Source: Eledone cirrhosa (taxonomy: Eukaryota). Taken from it: a stretch of 64,000 bases of DNA. The stretch covers positions 102,238,001 to 102,302,000 of the forward strand of contig OZ024745.1 in the NCBI GenBank assembly GCA_964016885.1, in the 5' to 3' direction. Of the stretch, positions 1 through 13,984 are shown piece by piece. The notes below the pieces were generated by a model. That model saw only the letters and a program-made list of their open reading frames with translations. It was not told the origin of the DNA and did no database searches. The first letter of the stretch is position 1. Each line of letters opens with the position of its first letter. Position numbers and translations under genes: made by a program.

Positions 1-1527
1 ATAAAATATATTTGATTACATGAATGTCTATATTTATTATATTTTGAATTTATATATATATATATATATGCTAACATGGAAAATGGATGTTAAACAATGA
101 TGATGATGATATATAGAGACTCCATACCAATACCTAATTACTCCTGATGATGATGATGATATAACCATGTAAACATGTCTTATTTGTGTAGTTCTCTGTA
201 GATTGAATGAGATGAACAGCTCTGATGATCACCAGGAGCTATCTATATCTCTTACAATCCAGGGAGAAATATGTATGTAAAGGCTTTATAAACACATCAA
301 ATGTTGCAGTAACATTGAACTGGATCTGCTAATTTGCATGTTATTAGGGTTTACAATAACAGTTAATTCAATTATATACTGTAATATGTACCCATACCTA
401 TACATGCATGTTTACATATATTTCTTATAGTTTCTGTTAAATCCTATACTTTTAGTGAGAATCTATAAATGTATAATATACTTTAGCTGCTTAGTGTTCA
501 ATTTAATATATGGGATGATATTGTTCAAGCAAACTTATTAAATGTTCTCTATATCACTATACATTTGAAAACAATATTTTAAATATCAACTCTCTCTTCT
601 AAAACATTGTTTTTTCTTCAAAATAAATAATATATTTTCACTTGGTCTTACAGCCATTTATTTTTTTCAATATTTGCACAGTATATTTAATTCTTGAATT
701 GGCTACACACAACCAGACTATTTTATATGATATTGATAAAATTGCTAACTTATAATTCAAAATCCTATGACAAGGACATGTGTTGAGTGCAAACAAAGAC
801 CAAACTTCACCAAGTAGTATCAATGTCTGTTCATGATGTTTAAACAGTTGACAGAAGTGGTTACAAATTTTATAAAGTTTCCATTTTCGTTTTCAAAATT
901 TGAAGTAGATTTGAACAAATATTAAACAGGATTACATTTCCCTTTATGAGTGCTTGAGAAAGGAGCTGTTTAAATAAGTGTCATGCTTTGGCTTGATTAA
1001 CAGATTTCTATTGCTCACATTCAATGTCTATTAATATTAACTTTCAAGTTATTGACTTAAAAATTTCCTTTGCTTTTCGTGAAAGTTAATTGCAGCATTA
1101 AATTCTATTTTGGTTGCTATAAATAAATAAAAATTCAATCTTCTTTTGTTTTCAATGACTTCTGTCTTGAATAAAATTACTGAATTTCAAGATGTTGGAG
1201 AATTAAAATTTGTTACAAACTGAATTTGAATGCATACTTTAGACCCTGATGTTGTTGTTGTTTAGTTCCAGTTCAACCTCAGGTCAAACAGACTTAATAA
1301 TCAAAGAAGATACACCAAGAACCATCTGTCTTTTCAGGAATATAACATGTATGACTACATTAACCAGTGTGTCCTTTCTTTTGTAAGACGTTTTTTCAAG
1401 AAAATTCTGCTATTTCTTGCAGGGTGAATGAAGATATAAAAAAGCCTCTGTTGGTTTGTTTAATTTTGTTTTAAAATTTCCAAAATTGAAGAGTATGGAA
1501 AAATATATTGTGCATTGACCGTATTAA

Positions 1528-1764
1528 CCCTTTAGCCTTTACATTAACCACCACCCTCTCTCTCTCTATATATATATATATACTATTGTATTTTATGATA
1601 AAGGCTTTACGGTACATAATTATTTGATATAATATCGAATTTATGAGATTTTGATGTTATTTATTTTGAGAACAATACTTTAACATCAATATGAGTGGCC
1701 AGTTATGGCCAGTTTGAAGGTGAGACAATTCTGGCCAGATATGGCCAGGTTAAATGCTAAAGGG
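1528..1764. mobile_element. piggyBac-type MITE
   Basis: TTAA|CCCTTTAGC ... GCTAAAGGG|TTAA: TTAA target duplication, CCC/GGG termini, short TIRs and no ORF. An inverted homologous copy is at 60024-60236. Confidence 0.85.
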
Positions 1765-2859
1765 TTAAAATATTAAAAGTAGATATTCTTAAATTGTTCT
1801 AAAATCTTGCCGATTTTGATCATTTTCAAAACCATTGAATTTTTTCACGTTTAGTCGTTTAATACGTATTGTTCTTCAAATATATTTATCACAGGAATTC
1901 TTTATGTATCTATATCTATACATATGAAAGTTACACAGCCCATCCATACCCACTCAACCATTAGTTCTTAGTAACCAATCCAGGCTTATCCCACCACTTT
2001 AAAATCCTAACAAAGCAGTGTTCTGATCCTTCTATCTGAGACTATCTCACCCCATCCTTTCCTTCTGTCAAATTCCTTTACACTTATACATCAATGACAC
2101 ACTTTCACCCCTATTCTCCTCCATACCACCCATTTGAACTCCACTATATCTGTCATACACTCATGACATCATGCTTATACTTCCACTTCTATTGCATTGA
2201 TTTTTTTTTTTCAAGTATGTTAATAAATTTAGTGAGTCTGGGTCATCTCCCTTGATCAAATCTCCCATGTGTTGGCTGCCATAGCACTAGATTTAAGACT
2301 ATTTTTTCAGGTTGATAAATATATGTGAAACGAAATATTCAAGTGAGTGTCTCAATTATTTAAAGTTACAACACGGAGAAAGTAATTACTAAACTAGTAG
2401 TAAGAATGTTCTTTTCCAAACATGAACAGAAGAATTACATTGAATATTACTGTAGAAAGTCAAACAGAAACTGTAAGTGGGGATTAAATGAGAAAAAGAC
2501 CAGATAACAGACAGGAAATTAAGATTTAGCCAGTGTGAAAGCAATCTTTGTGTTTATATATTGGTTATGGAAATGGAGATTATAATTCAATATTAAAAAC
2601 AGAATAGTGCTGTAAAGTAATTAATCAGTAAATAGTAATGTGTGCCATAAAAAAGTTAGAGATTTTGAAGTGTTGACAAAAAATGAAATGCTTTTATGTA
2701 TAGCCAATAAAATTAGAAAATATTAATAGTAATAAAGGAAGCCTCGCCTGCCATATATGGGGTAGGGTAGGGTGGAGTGGTATGGGTGGATGTGTGTGTT
2801 GCGATAAGTGTGTGTTTGTGGGTGTTTATGTGTATTTCTGTCTGTGTTGGACCTCTGTT

Positions 2860-3150
2860 AGTTGCAACGACGAGTGTTCTTGCTAATTAATCCATGGAAC
2901 AGCCTGTTCATGAAATTAACATTCAAATGGTTGAGCATTGCATAGACACGTGTACACTTAACATTGTTCTCAGTGTTTGACAATGCTGGCCTTTTAAATT
3001 ACAGATACAATACATTATTGCTAGCTGAGTGGACATGAGCAACATGAAATTAAGTGTTTTGCTCAAAGACACAACACACCTTGGGAATTGAACCCACAAC
3101 CTTCAACCTTACAATCATGGGCTGAACATCATAACCACTAAGTCTACGCA
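2860..3150 (-). mobile_element. Old tRNA-head SINE with conserved central body (mollusc/cephalopod type)
   Basis: Minus strand reads A-box-like (tagtggttatg) and B-box-like (gggttcaattccc) motifs. The next segment, gtgttgtgtctttgagcaaaacactt...ttgctc, is shared with SINE families B and C. A related fragment is at ~36940-37140. Confidence 0.7.
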
Positions 3151-3181
3151 CACACACACATATATATATATATATATTTTT

Positions 3182-3516
3182 TTCATTCATCATTTTACGT
3201 CCGCTTTTCCCTGCTTACAAGGGTGGGACGGGAACTGATTCTGGCTTGATTTCTACAGCTGGATTCCCTTCCTAACACCAACCTCATTTACAGTGAGTGC
3301 TGGGTGCTTTTTTGCTGTGGCACCTCCACGACCACTTTGCAGTAGAATGATAGGGACCCCAGTCCCCAGTCCTATCATCTAATTTCTACAGCTGAGTAAA
3401 CTGGAGCAATGTGAAATAAAGTGTCTTGCTCAAGGAAACAACACATCACCCGGTCTGAGAATTGAACTATTCAATTGCAAGGTCAATGCTCTTACCACTA
3501 AGCCATGTGCCTCCAT
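3182..3516 (-). mobile_element. SINE family B (tRNA head, RTE-derived tail), full length
   Basis: Near-identical to copies at 5986, 47546 and 48850. Pol III A/B boxes present. The tail matches the RTE 3' UTR at 22621-22770. Confidence 0.9.
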
Positions 3517-5659
3517 GTATATATATATATAGAGAGAGAGGGTATCTATATGAGCTATATCTATCTCTATATATACATGTTTACATGTTTTCCATGCCAG
3601 CATGGGTTAGATAGGTTGTCATCGCCCAAAATTAGACAGGTCAGAGAACCACATCTTGCTCATTCATATGTTCCCTTTCTTGGTGTTGTTTCTACAGCTA
3701 GATACTCTCCCGAACATCAGCCATTTTATAGAATGTACTGGATGGATTTTATCATGGTATCAGCACTACCACTTTCATCTAATAACTATAGGCTAGTAAT
3801 AATTGTTTAGCCTTTGACCAGTCTTGACCAAGCAGAACATTTTGCAATTTTGTTTTTTACATAGTGTGCCTAGAATCATATTCTTCAATGCACAAAGTAG
3901 GATATGATGTAAAGGAAATTGACTGATGTTTCTGGCTACGATGACAAAAAAATTATCTTGATCCTGCTACCACAGGATGGATGGGTTGTTACAGATAAAG
4001 TCAGTACTTAATTGGGGCCACTGAACCCTCAGATGGACCAGAGCAATATCTAACTTACATAATTCCTATACTCTACTATAAAGTGTACCATGCATATTTT
4101 CATATCACCAACACTAGGGAGGTTATTGTGCTCTTGACATAACAGAAGAGATCTCTAAAATATATTATAACTTTTCTTGTTTCTTGTGCCCTTCTTACTA
4201 AAATACTGATTTTCAGAGAAATATCATACACTAAGTGGTTTAAAATTAAATACCAGTCATTTTAATATTCTAACTAACACTGAGATTTTCTTAGAAGGCA
4301 ATGTAATTAAAATTTATAAAAGAGAGGAAATAGATACAAAGGAAATATGGAGTTTAAAATCAATATAGTGATATCACACTCTCCAAATATCAGAATATAG
4401 AAAATTCAATATTATGGCATCAGATTTAAATGATTTAATATTACTTTATTATATAATGCAGTATTATTTAGTGTGATGCATCAAATGGAACAAACTGGTT
4501 GGTATTAAGAAAGGAAAGTGATAGGAGGATGATCTGGAAGAACTTTGATTCACCAGAGAACTTATGAAGATCAAGGATAATAGAAGTGAAATAGTGACAA
4601 ATATGAATATATATAAGATTGTTTTTGTGGCCAAATATTTGATCAGAGATAATAGATTTATAAACAAATATCTGTGCTTGTTTATACAGAGAATCTTTGG
4701 AATTAGAATTAGAAAACAACAAAAGAAAAGAAAAAAAAAACAGAAAAAAAGAAGAAAAAAGCAGAAGAAAAAAACAGAAAAGAAAGCACATGATAATCAG
4801 AGCTCTGAATTAACTTTACATCAGAACTAGTTACAATAACATGCTTTCCAGCTTTGAATGTTTTTCCTTATGTTAATAACCAAGAAGCTATACTACAACA
4901 GATATCAGATTTACAAACGTATATTGTGAATGAAATTCTCAGATAATAATTAATAGAGTTTCATGCTTTAGGCCAAAGACTAGGAATAATTTGTATGGAA
5001 TCAATAAAATCCATTCTACTATTGGATATCCCAAAGAGGAATAATTTATAATACTTCCGATTAATTTCCTTTCTTCGTTATCTGATGTGGCAAAACATAA
5101 CAAGAAAACAGTGGTTAACTTTCAGACAAATAAATAACTTCTGTTTATTGGTTATCATAGGATCTTATGGCTTGGAGTTCAAACTTTCTCTTGTATGGCT
5201 GCAATCATGCATTGCACACATACACACATATATACATACATATATACACACACACACACATACATATACATACACACATACATGCATACATACATACAAG
5301 TGTCTATATACACAAGAATGCAACATTTTACATCATTCTTCCATGCTGGCATTGGTTGTGTACATGCATACATGCACACATACATACATTGAAAGAGAGA
5401 GAAACAGAGAAACACAGAGAGAAACAGAGAGAGAGATTTGCAAAACTTCAGTTGAATAATTGAATAGTTTCCCAGAGATAAAGAGCTCAAACCCTCTGTT
5501 TCTCTTTTTTGTACTAACTTTCTATTTATAATATTTAATATAATTTTATGTTAATAATTGTAGTATGTATGGCTGTGTGTGGTTCAGGAGTTCGTTTTCA
5601 AACCATGAAAGTCCAGGTTCAGTCCCACTTCATGATAACTGGGATTTCTTGGCACTTCT

Positions 5660-6670
5660 TCACCCAATGATCACATGTCCATACCATTGCAGTCTTCTCT
5701 GCTGCATATCACTACATCTGATTCATCTTATATTCAGTCTCTCTCTCAGCTCATCCGTGCTTTGACTTTCATTCACTTTAACATTGTACAACCATAGATG
5801 TGTTTGCTTCACTTCCCTTCATACTTCGTATATCCTCTGTGTTCCCACCCATAACTCACTACTATGTAACATTGCACTTTGTACTCAAGCATCATACAGC
5901 CAGCCTTTCTTTCATAGAGAGAAATCTATTGCTGAAGCTCTCTGAATTGTTTCTCTCCTGTTCTTACTTTAGGTATTATGCTCTTGATGGAGGCACATGG
6001 CTTAGTGGTTAGAGCATTGGCCTTGCAATCGAAAGGTTGTGAGTTCAATTCTCAGACCGGGTGATGTGTTGTTTCCTTGAGCTTTATTTCACTTTATTTC
6101 ACATTGCTCCAGTTTACTCAGCTGTAGAAATGAGATGATAGGGACTGGGGTCCATATCATTCCACTGCAAAGTGGTCGTGGAGGTGCCACGGTAAAAAAG
6201 CACCCAGCACTCACTGTAAATGAGGTTGGTGTTAGGAAGGGCATCCAGCTGTAGAAATCAAGCCAGAATCAGTTCCCGTCCCACCCTTGCAAGCAGGGAA
6301 AAAGTGGACGTAAAATGAAATGAATGAAATGAAATGAATACAGTCTCTTCTCTCACTAATTTCATCATCTACATAGGAGAAGCTATCAACCACTTCTATT
6401 CAGCCTTCCTGGGATTGGAAAATGTTTATTTTATTGATGCTCTTACTATTAACTATCCCAATGTGTCTGCTACATATAGAATATACCTTTTTTACTATCC
6501 TGTTGCACCTCTTGTGGAACCAGGATTTGCATTGTGTACATTATATAGAGTTACTACCTACTTTTTTTCTACATATTCAGCAAGACCACTTTCCTGATCC
6601 GATCAGGATCTTGTCATCTTTCGTGTTTACCAAAACTTTAATTTCACCCAGTCATCTGTCTGTCACCTTA
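5660..6670 (-). pseudogene. Decayed RTE-clade LINE fragment interrupted by a SINE
   Basis: Residual similarity to the RT, PHD and C-terminal part of the ORF at 22809-25472 (e.g. cacatgtccatacca; attcagcaagaccactttcctgat). Many stops. Confidence 0.6.
5986..6339 (+). mobile_element. SINE family B, full length
   Basis: TGGCTTAGTGG A-box and GAGTTCAATTC B-box, RTE-like tail and (AATG)n end. Confidence 0.9.
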
Positions 6671-6879
6671 TATAACAAGTAGAAAGTCAATATAACTTGT
6701 GTGTTCAACTGATTGGTTATTGATCAAGTGATAGGCTGGTTTCTTGAAGTTAGTATTACAAATAGTTAGTTGATTTGCATCACAGAATTCTAGGAGTCTC
6801 ACTTCCTCTTCATTTCTTTAACCATAACAACATCCACTGTGATGATGTATTCTGTATTTTTATTATTGTATAATAGATC

Positions 6880-7140
6880 ACAGCTCTAATACTATGGGCA
6901 TATGGTTAGAATGTCTCAAGAAAGAATTGTTGGAGAGATTTCACAGGAAAAACTAGCTGGCAAGAGACCCAGGGGTAGACTCTGAGCAAGATGGTTGGAT
7001 AACATCCATGAGCTTTGATGGTCTTGCTTGGGGATCTAGCTGGATCAGTTGGAAACAGTTGCTTCTGAAAAGGCCCGCTGGAAGGAATATTTGAGAACTC
7101 TGCCTCCATGACCCCCTCAGGATGATGTTGATGATGATGT
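6880..7140 (+). mobile_element. 3' fragment of a second RTE-like LINE family
   Basis: Encodes a YYGHMVRM...KRPRGR-like C-terminus and ends in (GAT)n. Similar to the element at 57650-58395. Confidence 0.6.
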
Positions 7141-7216
7141 TTTACAGGTCCATTCAAGCAGTCATATTACTTTAAAACAGAGCTTCCCAATAAACATTAT
7201 TATAGAAACTGAATGA

Positions 7217-7408
7217 GGGCGGTGGATTGGCAGTATCGTTAGAGGGTCGGACGCCATGCTTTCCAGCATAGTTACCTCCCTTTATGATCTGAGTTCAAAT
7301 GCCGCCGAGGTTGACTTTGCCTTTCATCCTTACGGGGTCGATAAAATAAAGTACCAGTAATGCACTGGGTAATTGTTGGCCTTGTGCCTAAAGTAGAAAC
7401 AATTATTA
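7217..7408 (+). mobile_element. SINE family A (~190 bp)
   Basis: GGCGGTGGATTGGCAGTATCG head, GAGTTCAAAT B-box and ...GTAGAAACA end. Flanking direct repeat attattat(a/g)gaaactgaat. Confidence 0.9.
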
Positions 7409-7970
7409 TGGAAACTGAATTGGGAGAAAATGGTTTAATTCATTAGATATTTGGGTATGAAGGTTAGCATTATCTTTATTGGAATGTATTTGTTTAGAAG
7501 TAATAGTGATCAGGTTAATATATTCAGAAGGAAGAATTATATCTATATCTTGAAATACACCAGTGTTGATAGTATGTTAGCTTTGGTTCAAAAGATTTAC
7601 TAATGTCAATGGCAATAACATTACTTTTGACAAAGCTCTCCAGATTGAGAGATGACTGATGTTTGATTATATGGTAGCAGTTTTCTAGTGTATCTGATTC
7701 TACTAGTATCTAACTCTGTACCAATAGAGAGAGAAAAGGGGTCATATATATATATATATTAACACATTGGTCTGGCATACCAAAGATGTGTTTGTGTCCC
7801 ATGTACATCAATCCTCATCCTTTTTTTCCATTCGGAGGGGTTTTTAAAACCCCAACTCACAGACTAATTCTATGTAGTCAAATACGGCATAAGCACATGT
7901 TACTACCTAATTTTCAAATTCGCTAGCCGTTTGTAAACAAAGCCTGCTTTGTGTCTCCCTATTTATATAT

Positions 7971-8002
<32 letters not shown>

Positions 8003-8003
<1 letters not shown>

Positions 8004-8350
8004 ATGGCTGAGAGAAAAGAGTACTCAATACCAAAGTAGACTTTAAATATTCGTTATATTAAGGCTAAATAGTGAGTTTTGTTATATAATACCTTAAGAA
8101 ACACACCTTTAAACATACACATACACTCACGCATAATATCGACACTAATACACACACATTTCACTTTGCATTCCAACTCATTTCACTTTGCATACCCAAC
8201 AGTTTGTCTTATTTACACTATTTATTTTCGATTATTTTTGTACTCCTGAAGAAGGGCTAAAGCCCAACATGTCAAACTTTCTTTTCCTTTTTCCATATAA
8301 AGCGTGATATAAGACTTTTTGTACCCTTTATTTATCTCCTTGAACCACAC
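8003..8350 (+). mobile_element. Penelope-like terminal-repeat remnant with decayed hammerhead
   Basis: Lies between (TA)n tracts. Contains CTGAAGA-AGGGC-TAAA-GCCC-AACATGTC (8246-8273), a hammerhead core with helix II but a damaged GAAA. Confidence 0.45.
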
Positions 8351-9809
8351 ACATATATATATATATGTGTGTATGTGTGTGTGTGTAAGACAATTTGATG
8401 TTTGATGACACAAGGGAAATATAGAAAATTGAAATGATAATAAAAAAAAATGTTTACAGTTTTATATTTGTAGTGCTATAAATATAGCCAAATTATTATT
8501 TTTACTTTTGTTTCATTTTGCAAATGTGAATAAGTTTGTTGTCAAGTTTGGGTAAAAAAAAAAAGAAGCCATAATTTGAATATTGCTGATAGCTGTATAA
8601 CAGGACAGAAAGAAGGATTTCTTTTTTTTTTTTCTTCAAAGTTGTAAGCAGCTGAATAGTAAGAACAAATTCTTTCCTTTTTTCGCTACTTTTCTTTGTT
8701 TTCATTCATAGATTACACATTTGCTATGATTAATCTGTATCGACTTTTTAAACCAATTAATCAGTTTTGGTGCAAATTACTATGAGTGATATAGAAATGA
8801 ACATAAGAAACATATATTATTTGTTAGGATACACAATCTAAGTCTACAAATGTAATACATATATAAACTACCCCTAGTACTCAAACATGCTGATCTACGC
8901 AATTAGAAATTACTTAGATCTATCCAGGAATGCATCTGCAGAATGCACCCGAGAGCATATGTTTCTATTTAATCTTTTAAAAACAAATTAAAAAATCATA
9001 AAGATTTTGATGACGAGTTTGTTTAAAAGTACTCAACCATTTTCTCTAATAATTCCTGTTACCTTAATGTGTATGAACAAAAAAATATAATTTAATGATC
9101 AAATTAAAGAACTCATAAATTATATTGTTAAAATCATAACAAATTTCTCATGTTCAGAGGATAATTGATTTTTCGCAGGCTCATATATTTTATGTCTTAT
9201 GATAAAATCAGCCTAATTTTATTATCATATGCTCTTAAATAGTAGCTTGAAATTATGATTAATTATGAAATATTATAATATATTACATACAATGTATTTT
9301 TGTATCATAAAAGATAATTACGTTGTAGATAATCAGTTAATTTCTTAATAGGTTCATTCCTAATATATATATAACAAGTTTCTCCTAAAATGTGAAACCT
9401 TAATTTTTATCTTAAGACACTATTTCTCCTAGAATCTGAAATCTCAAGACACTAGAAGTGTTTCATATTAATACTGCTTAAAACAGATGGTGGCATTTAT
9501 TTATGTTCCACATAAATACTGCTCACAGCAGTGAAGCAGTTTGGTGATTATCAGCAGTCTGACAATACTCAAACGAAAGCATAGGTTGGCATCAAGAAGG
9601 GAATCCTGCCTTCGAAAAACTGCTTCAAAAGCTTTTGCAGATCCATTCCACCATGGAGATGCAGACATAAAAATAATGGTGGTGGTAATGATGTTGGTGG
9701 TGGTGGTGGTGGTGGCAGCAGGGATAATGATAGCAAAACAACACTATCTCAGATATGTAAGCAGTACTCCAACTTCATCAAGAGGATCTGTCAAATCTTT
9801 TTTTATCAG

Positions 9810-12800
9810 TAGTTGTAATTGTGGTATTAAAGGTGGTTTTGTTGTTGTAGTGTAGTCATAGTTGTTATTGTGGTAATAAAGGTGTTTTTTGTTGTTGTAG
9901 TGTAGTCATAGTTGTAATTGTGGTATTAAAGGTGTTTTTTGTTGTTGTAGTGTAGTCATATTTTAATTGTGGTATTTAAGGTGGTTTTTGTTGTTGTAGT
10001 GTAGTCATAGTTGTAATTGTGGTGTTAAAGGTGTTTTTTTTGTTGTTGTAGTGTAGTCATAGTTGTAATTGTTGTATTAAAGGTGGTTTTTGTTGTTGTA
10101 GTGTAGTCATATTTTAATTGTGGTAATAAAGGTGTTTTTGTTGTTGTAGTGTAGTCATATTTTAATTGTGGTATTAAAGGTGGTTTTTTTGTTGTTGTAG
10201 TGTAGTATTAAAGGTGGTTTTTGTTGTTGTAGTGTAGTCATAGTTGTAATTGTGGTATTAAAAGTCTTTTTGTAGTTGTAGTGTAGTCATAGTTGTTATT
10301 GTAGTATTAAAGGTGGTTTTTGTTGTTGTAGTGTAGTCATATTTTAATTGTGGTAATAAAGGTGTTTTTGTTGTTGTAGTGTAGTCATATTTTAATTGTG
10401 GTATTAAAGGTGGTTTTTGTTGTTGTAGTGTAGTCATATTTTAATTGTGGTAATAAAGGTGTTTTTTGTTGTTGTAGTGTAGTCATAGTTGTAATTGTGG
10501 TAATAAAGGTGTTTTTTGTTGTAGTGTAGTCACAGTTGTTATTGTGGTAATAAAGCTAGTGTTTGTTGTTGTAGTGTAGTCATAGTTGTTATTGTGGTGA
10601 TAAAGGTGGTTTTTGTTGTTGTAGTGTAGTCATAGTTGTTATTGTAGTATTAAAGGTGGTTTTTGTTGTTGTAGTGTAGTCATATTTTAATTGTGGTAAT
10701 AAAGGTGTTTTTGTTGTTGTAGTGTAGTCATATTTTAATTGTGGTATTAAAGGTGGTTTTTGTTGTTGTAGTGTAGTCATATTTTAATTGTGGTAATAAA
10801 GGTGTTTTTTGTTGTTGTAGTGTAGTCATATTTTAATTGTGGTATTTAAGGTGGTTTTTGTTGTTGTAGTGTAGTATTAAAGGTGGTTTTTGTTGTTGTA
10901 GTGAAGTCATAGTCGTAATTGTGATATTAAAGGTGTTTTTTGTTGTTGTAGTGTAGTCATAGTTGTTATTGTGGTAATAAAGGTGGTTTTTGTTGTTGTA
11001 GTGTAGTCATAGTTGTAATTGTGGTATTAAAGGTGTTTTTTGTTGTTGTAGTGTAGACATAGTTGTTATTGTGGTAATAAAGGTGGTTTTTGTTGTTGTA
11101 GTGTAGTCATAGTTGTAATTGTGGTATTAAAGGTGGTTTTTGTTGTTGTAGTGTAGTCATAGTTGTTATTGTGGTATTAAAGGTGGTTTTTGTTGTTGTA
11201 GTGTAGTCATAGTTGTAATTGTGGTATTAAAGGTGGTTTCTGTTGTTGTAGTGTAGTCATAGTTGTTATTGTGGTATTAAAGGTGGTTTTTGTTGTTGTA
11301 GTGTAGTCATAGTTGTAATCGTGGTATTAAAAGTGTTTTTGTTGTTGTAGTGTAGTCATAGTTGTTATTGTGGTATTAAAGGTGGTTTTTGTTGTTGTAG
11401 TGTAGTCATAGTTGTTATTGTGGTATTAAAGGTGGTTTTTGTTGTTGTAGTGTAGTCATAGTTGTAATTGTGGTATTAAAGGTGTTTTTTGTTGTTGTAG
11501 TGTAGTCATAGTTGTTATTGTGGTAATAAAGGTGTTTTTGTTGTTGTAGTGTAGTCATATTTTAATTGTGGTATTAAAGGTGGTTTTTGTTGTAGTGTAG
11601 TCATATTTTAATTGTGGTATTTAAGGTGGTTTTTGTTGTTGTAGTGTAGTCATAGTTGTAATTGTGGTAATAAAGGTGTTTTTTGTTGTTGTAGTGTAGT
11701 CATATTTTAATTGTGGTATTTAAGGTGGTTTTTGTTGTTGTAGTGTAGTCATAGTTGTAATTGTGGTGTTAAAGGTGTTTTTTGTTGTTGTAGTGTAGTC
11801 ATAGTTGTAATTGTGGTAATAAAGGTGTTTTTTGTTGTTGTAGTGTAGTCATATTTTAATTGTGGTATTTAAGGTGGTTTTTGTTGTTGTAGTGTAGTCA
11901 TAGTTGTAATTGTGGTGTTAAAGGTGTTTTTTGTTGTTGTAGTGTAGTCATAGTTGTAATTGTGGTAATAAAGGTGTTTTTTGTTGTTGTAGTGTAGTCA
12001 TATTTTAATTGTGGTATTTAAGGTGGTTTTTGTTGTTGTAGTGTAGTCATAGTTGTTATTGTGGTAATAAAGGTGTTTTTGTTGTTGTAGTGTAGTCATA
12101 TTTTAATTGTGGTATTAAAGGTGGCTTTTGTTGTTGTAGTGTAGTCATATTTTAATTGTGGTATTAAAGGTGGGTTTTGTTGTTGTAGTGTAGTCATATT
12201 TTAATTGTGGTATTAAAGGTGGTTTTTGTTGTTGTAGTGTAGTATTAAAGGTGGTTTTTGTTGTTGTAGTGTAGTCATAGTTGTAATTGTGGTGTTAAAG
12301 GTGTTTTTTTGTTGTTGTAGTGTAGTCATAGTTGTTATTGTGGTATTAAAGGTGGTTTTTGTTGTTGTAGTGTAGTCATAGTTGTAATTGTAGTATTAAA
12401 GGTGGTTTTTGTTGTTGTAGTGTAGTCATAGTTGTAATTGTGGTATTAAAGGTGTTTTTTGTTGTTGTAGTGTAGTCATAGTTGTTATTGTGGTAATAAA
12501 GGTGTTTTTGTTGTTGTAGTGTAGTCATATTTTAATTGTGGTATTAAAGGTGGCTTTTGTTGTTGTAGTGTAGTCATATTTTAATTGTGGTATTAAAGGT
12601 GGGTTTTGTTGTTGTAGTGTAGTCATATTTTAATTGTGGTATTAAAGGTGGTTTTTGTTGTTGTAGTGTAGTCATAGTTGTAATTGTGGTATTAAAGGTG
12701 GTTTCTGTTGTTGTAGTGTAGTCATAGTTGTAATTGTGGTATTAAAGGTGGTTTTTGTTGTTGTACTGTAGTCATAGTTGTAATTGTGGTATTAAAGGTG

Positions 12801-13984
12801 GTTTTTGTTGTTGTAGTGTAGTCATAGTTGTAATTGTGGTATTAAAGGTGGTTTTTGTTGTAATGTAGTCATAGTTGTTATTGTGGTATTAAAGGTATTT
12901 TTTGTTGTTGTAGTGTAGTCATAGTTGTTATTGTGGTATTAAAGGTGGTTTTTGTTGTTGTAGTGTAGTCAGAGTTGTAATTGTGGTATTAAAGGTGTTT
13001 TTTGTTGTTGTAGTGTAGTCATAGTTGTTATTGTGGTATTAAAGGTGGTTTTTGTTGTTGTAGTGTAGTCATAGTTGTAATCGTGGTATTAAAAGTGTTT
13101 TTGTTGTTGTAGTGTAGTCATATTTTAATTGTGGTATTAAAGGTGTTTTTTGTTGTTGTAGTGTAGTTATAGTTGTAATTGTGGTATTAAAGGTGGTTTT
13201 TGTTGTTGTAGTGTAGTCATAGTTGTAATCGTGGTATTAAAAGTCTTTTTGTAGTTGTAGTGTAGTCATAGTTGTTATTGTGGTAATAAAGGTGGTTTTT
13301 GTTGTAGTGTGGTCATATTTTAATTGTGGTATTAAAGGTGGTTTTTGTTGTTGTAGTGTAGTCATATTTTAATTGTGGTAATAAAGGTGTTTTTTGTTGT
13401 TGTCGTGTAGTCATATTTTAATTGTGGTATTTAAGGTGGTTTTTGTTGTAGTGTAGTCATAATTGTGATTGTGGTGTTAAAGGTGTTTTTTTGTTGTTGT
13501 AGTGTAGTCATAGTTGTAATTGTGGTATTAAAGGTGATTTTTGTTGTTGTAGTGTAGTCATATTTTAAATGTGGTAATAAAGGTGTTTTTGTTGTTGTAG
13601 TGTAGTCATATTTTAATTGTGGTATTAAAGGTGGTTTTTTGTTGTTGTAGTGTAGTATTAAAGGTGGTTTTTGTTGTTGTAGTGTAGTCATAGTTGTAAT
13701 TGTGGTATTAAAGGTGGTTTTTGTTGTTGTAGTGTAGTCATAGTTGTAATTGTGGTATTTGTTGTTGTAGTGTAGTCATAGTTGTTATTGTGGTAATAAT
13801 GGTGGTTTTTGTTGTTGTAGTATAGTCATAGTTGTTATTGTGATAATAAAGCTAGTGTTTGTTGTTGTAGTGTAGTCACAGTTGTAACTGTGGTAATAAA
13901 GCTAGTGTTTGTTGTTGTAGTGTAGTCACAGTTCTAATTGTGGTAATAAAGCTAGTGTTTGTTGTAGTGTAGTCATAGTTGTAA
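9810..13984. repeat. 50-bp tandem satellite, left heterogeneous array (~80 units)
   Basis: Unit gttgtaattgtggtattaaaggtggtttttgttgttgtagtgtagtcata, with recurrent substitution variants and 16-bp-deleted units. Confidence 0.98.

Noticed and set aside
4564-4830. Lys-rich ORF
   Set aside because: Produced by an A-rich low-complexity tract; no domain.
5990-6065. tRNA genes at SINE heads
   Set aside because: A/B boxes are present but there is no full cloverleaf, and each continues into a repeated SINE body.
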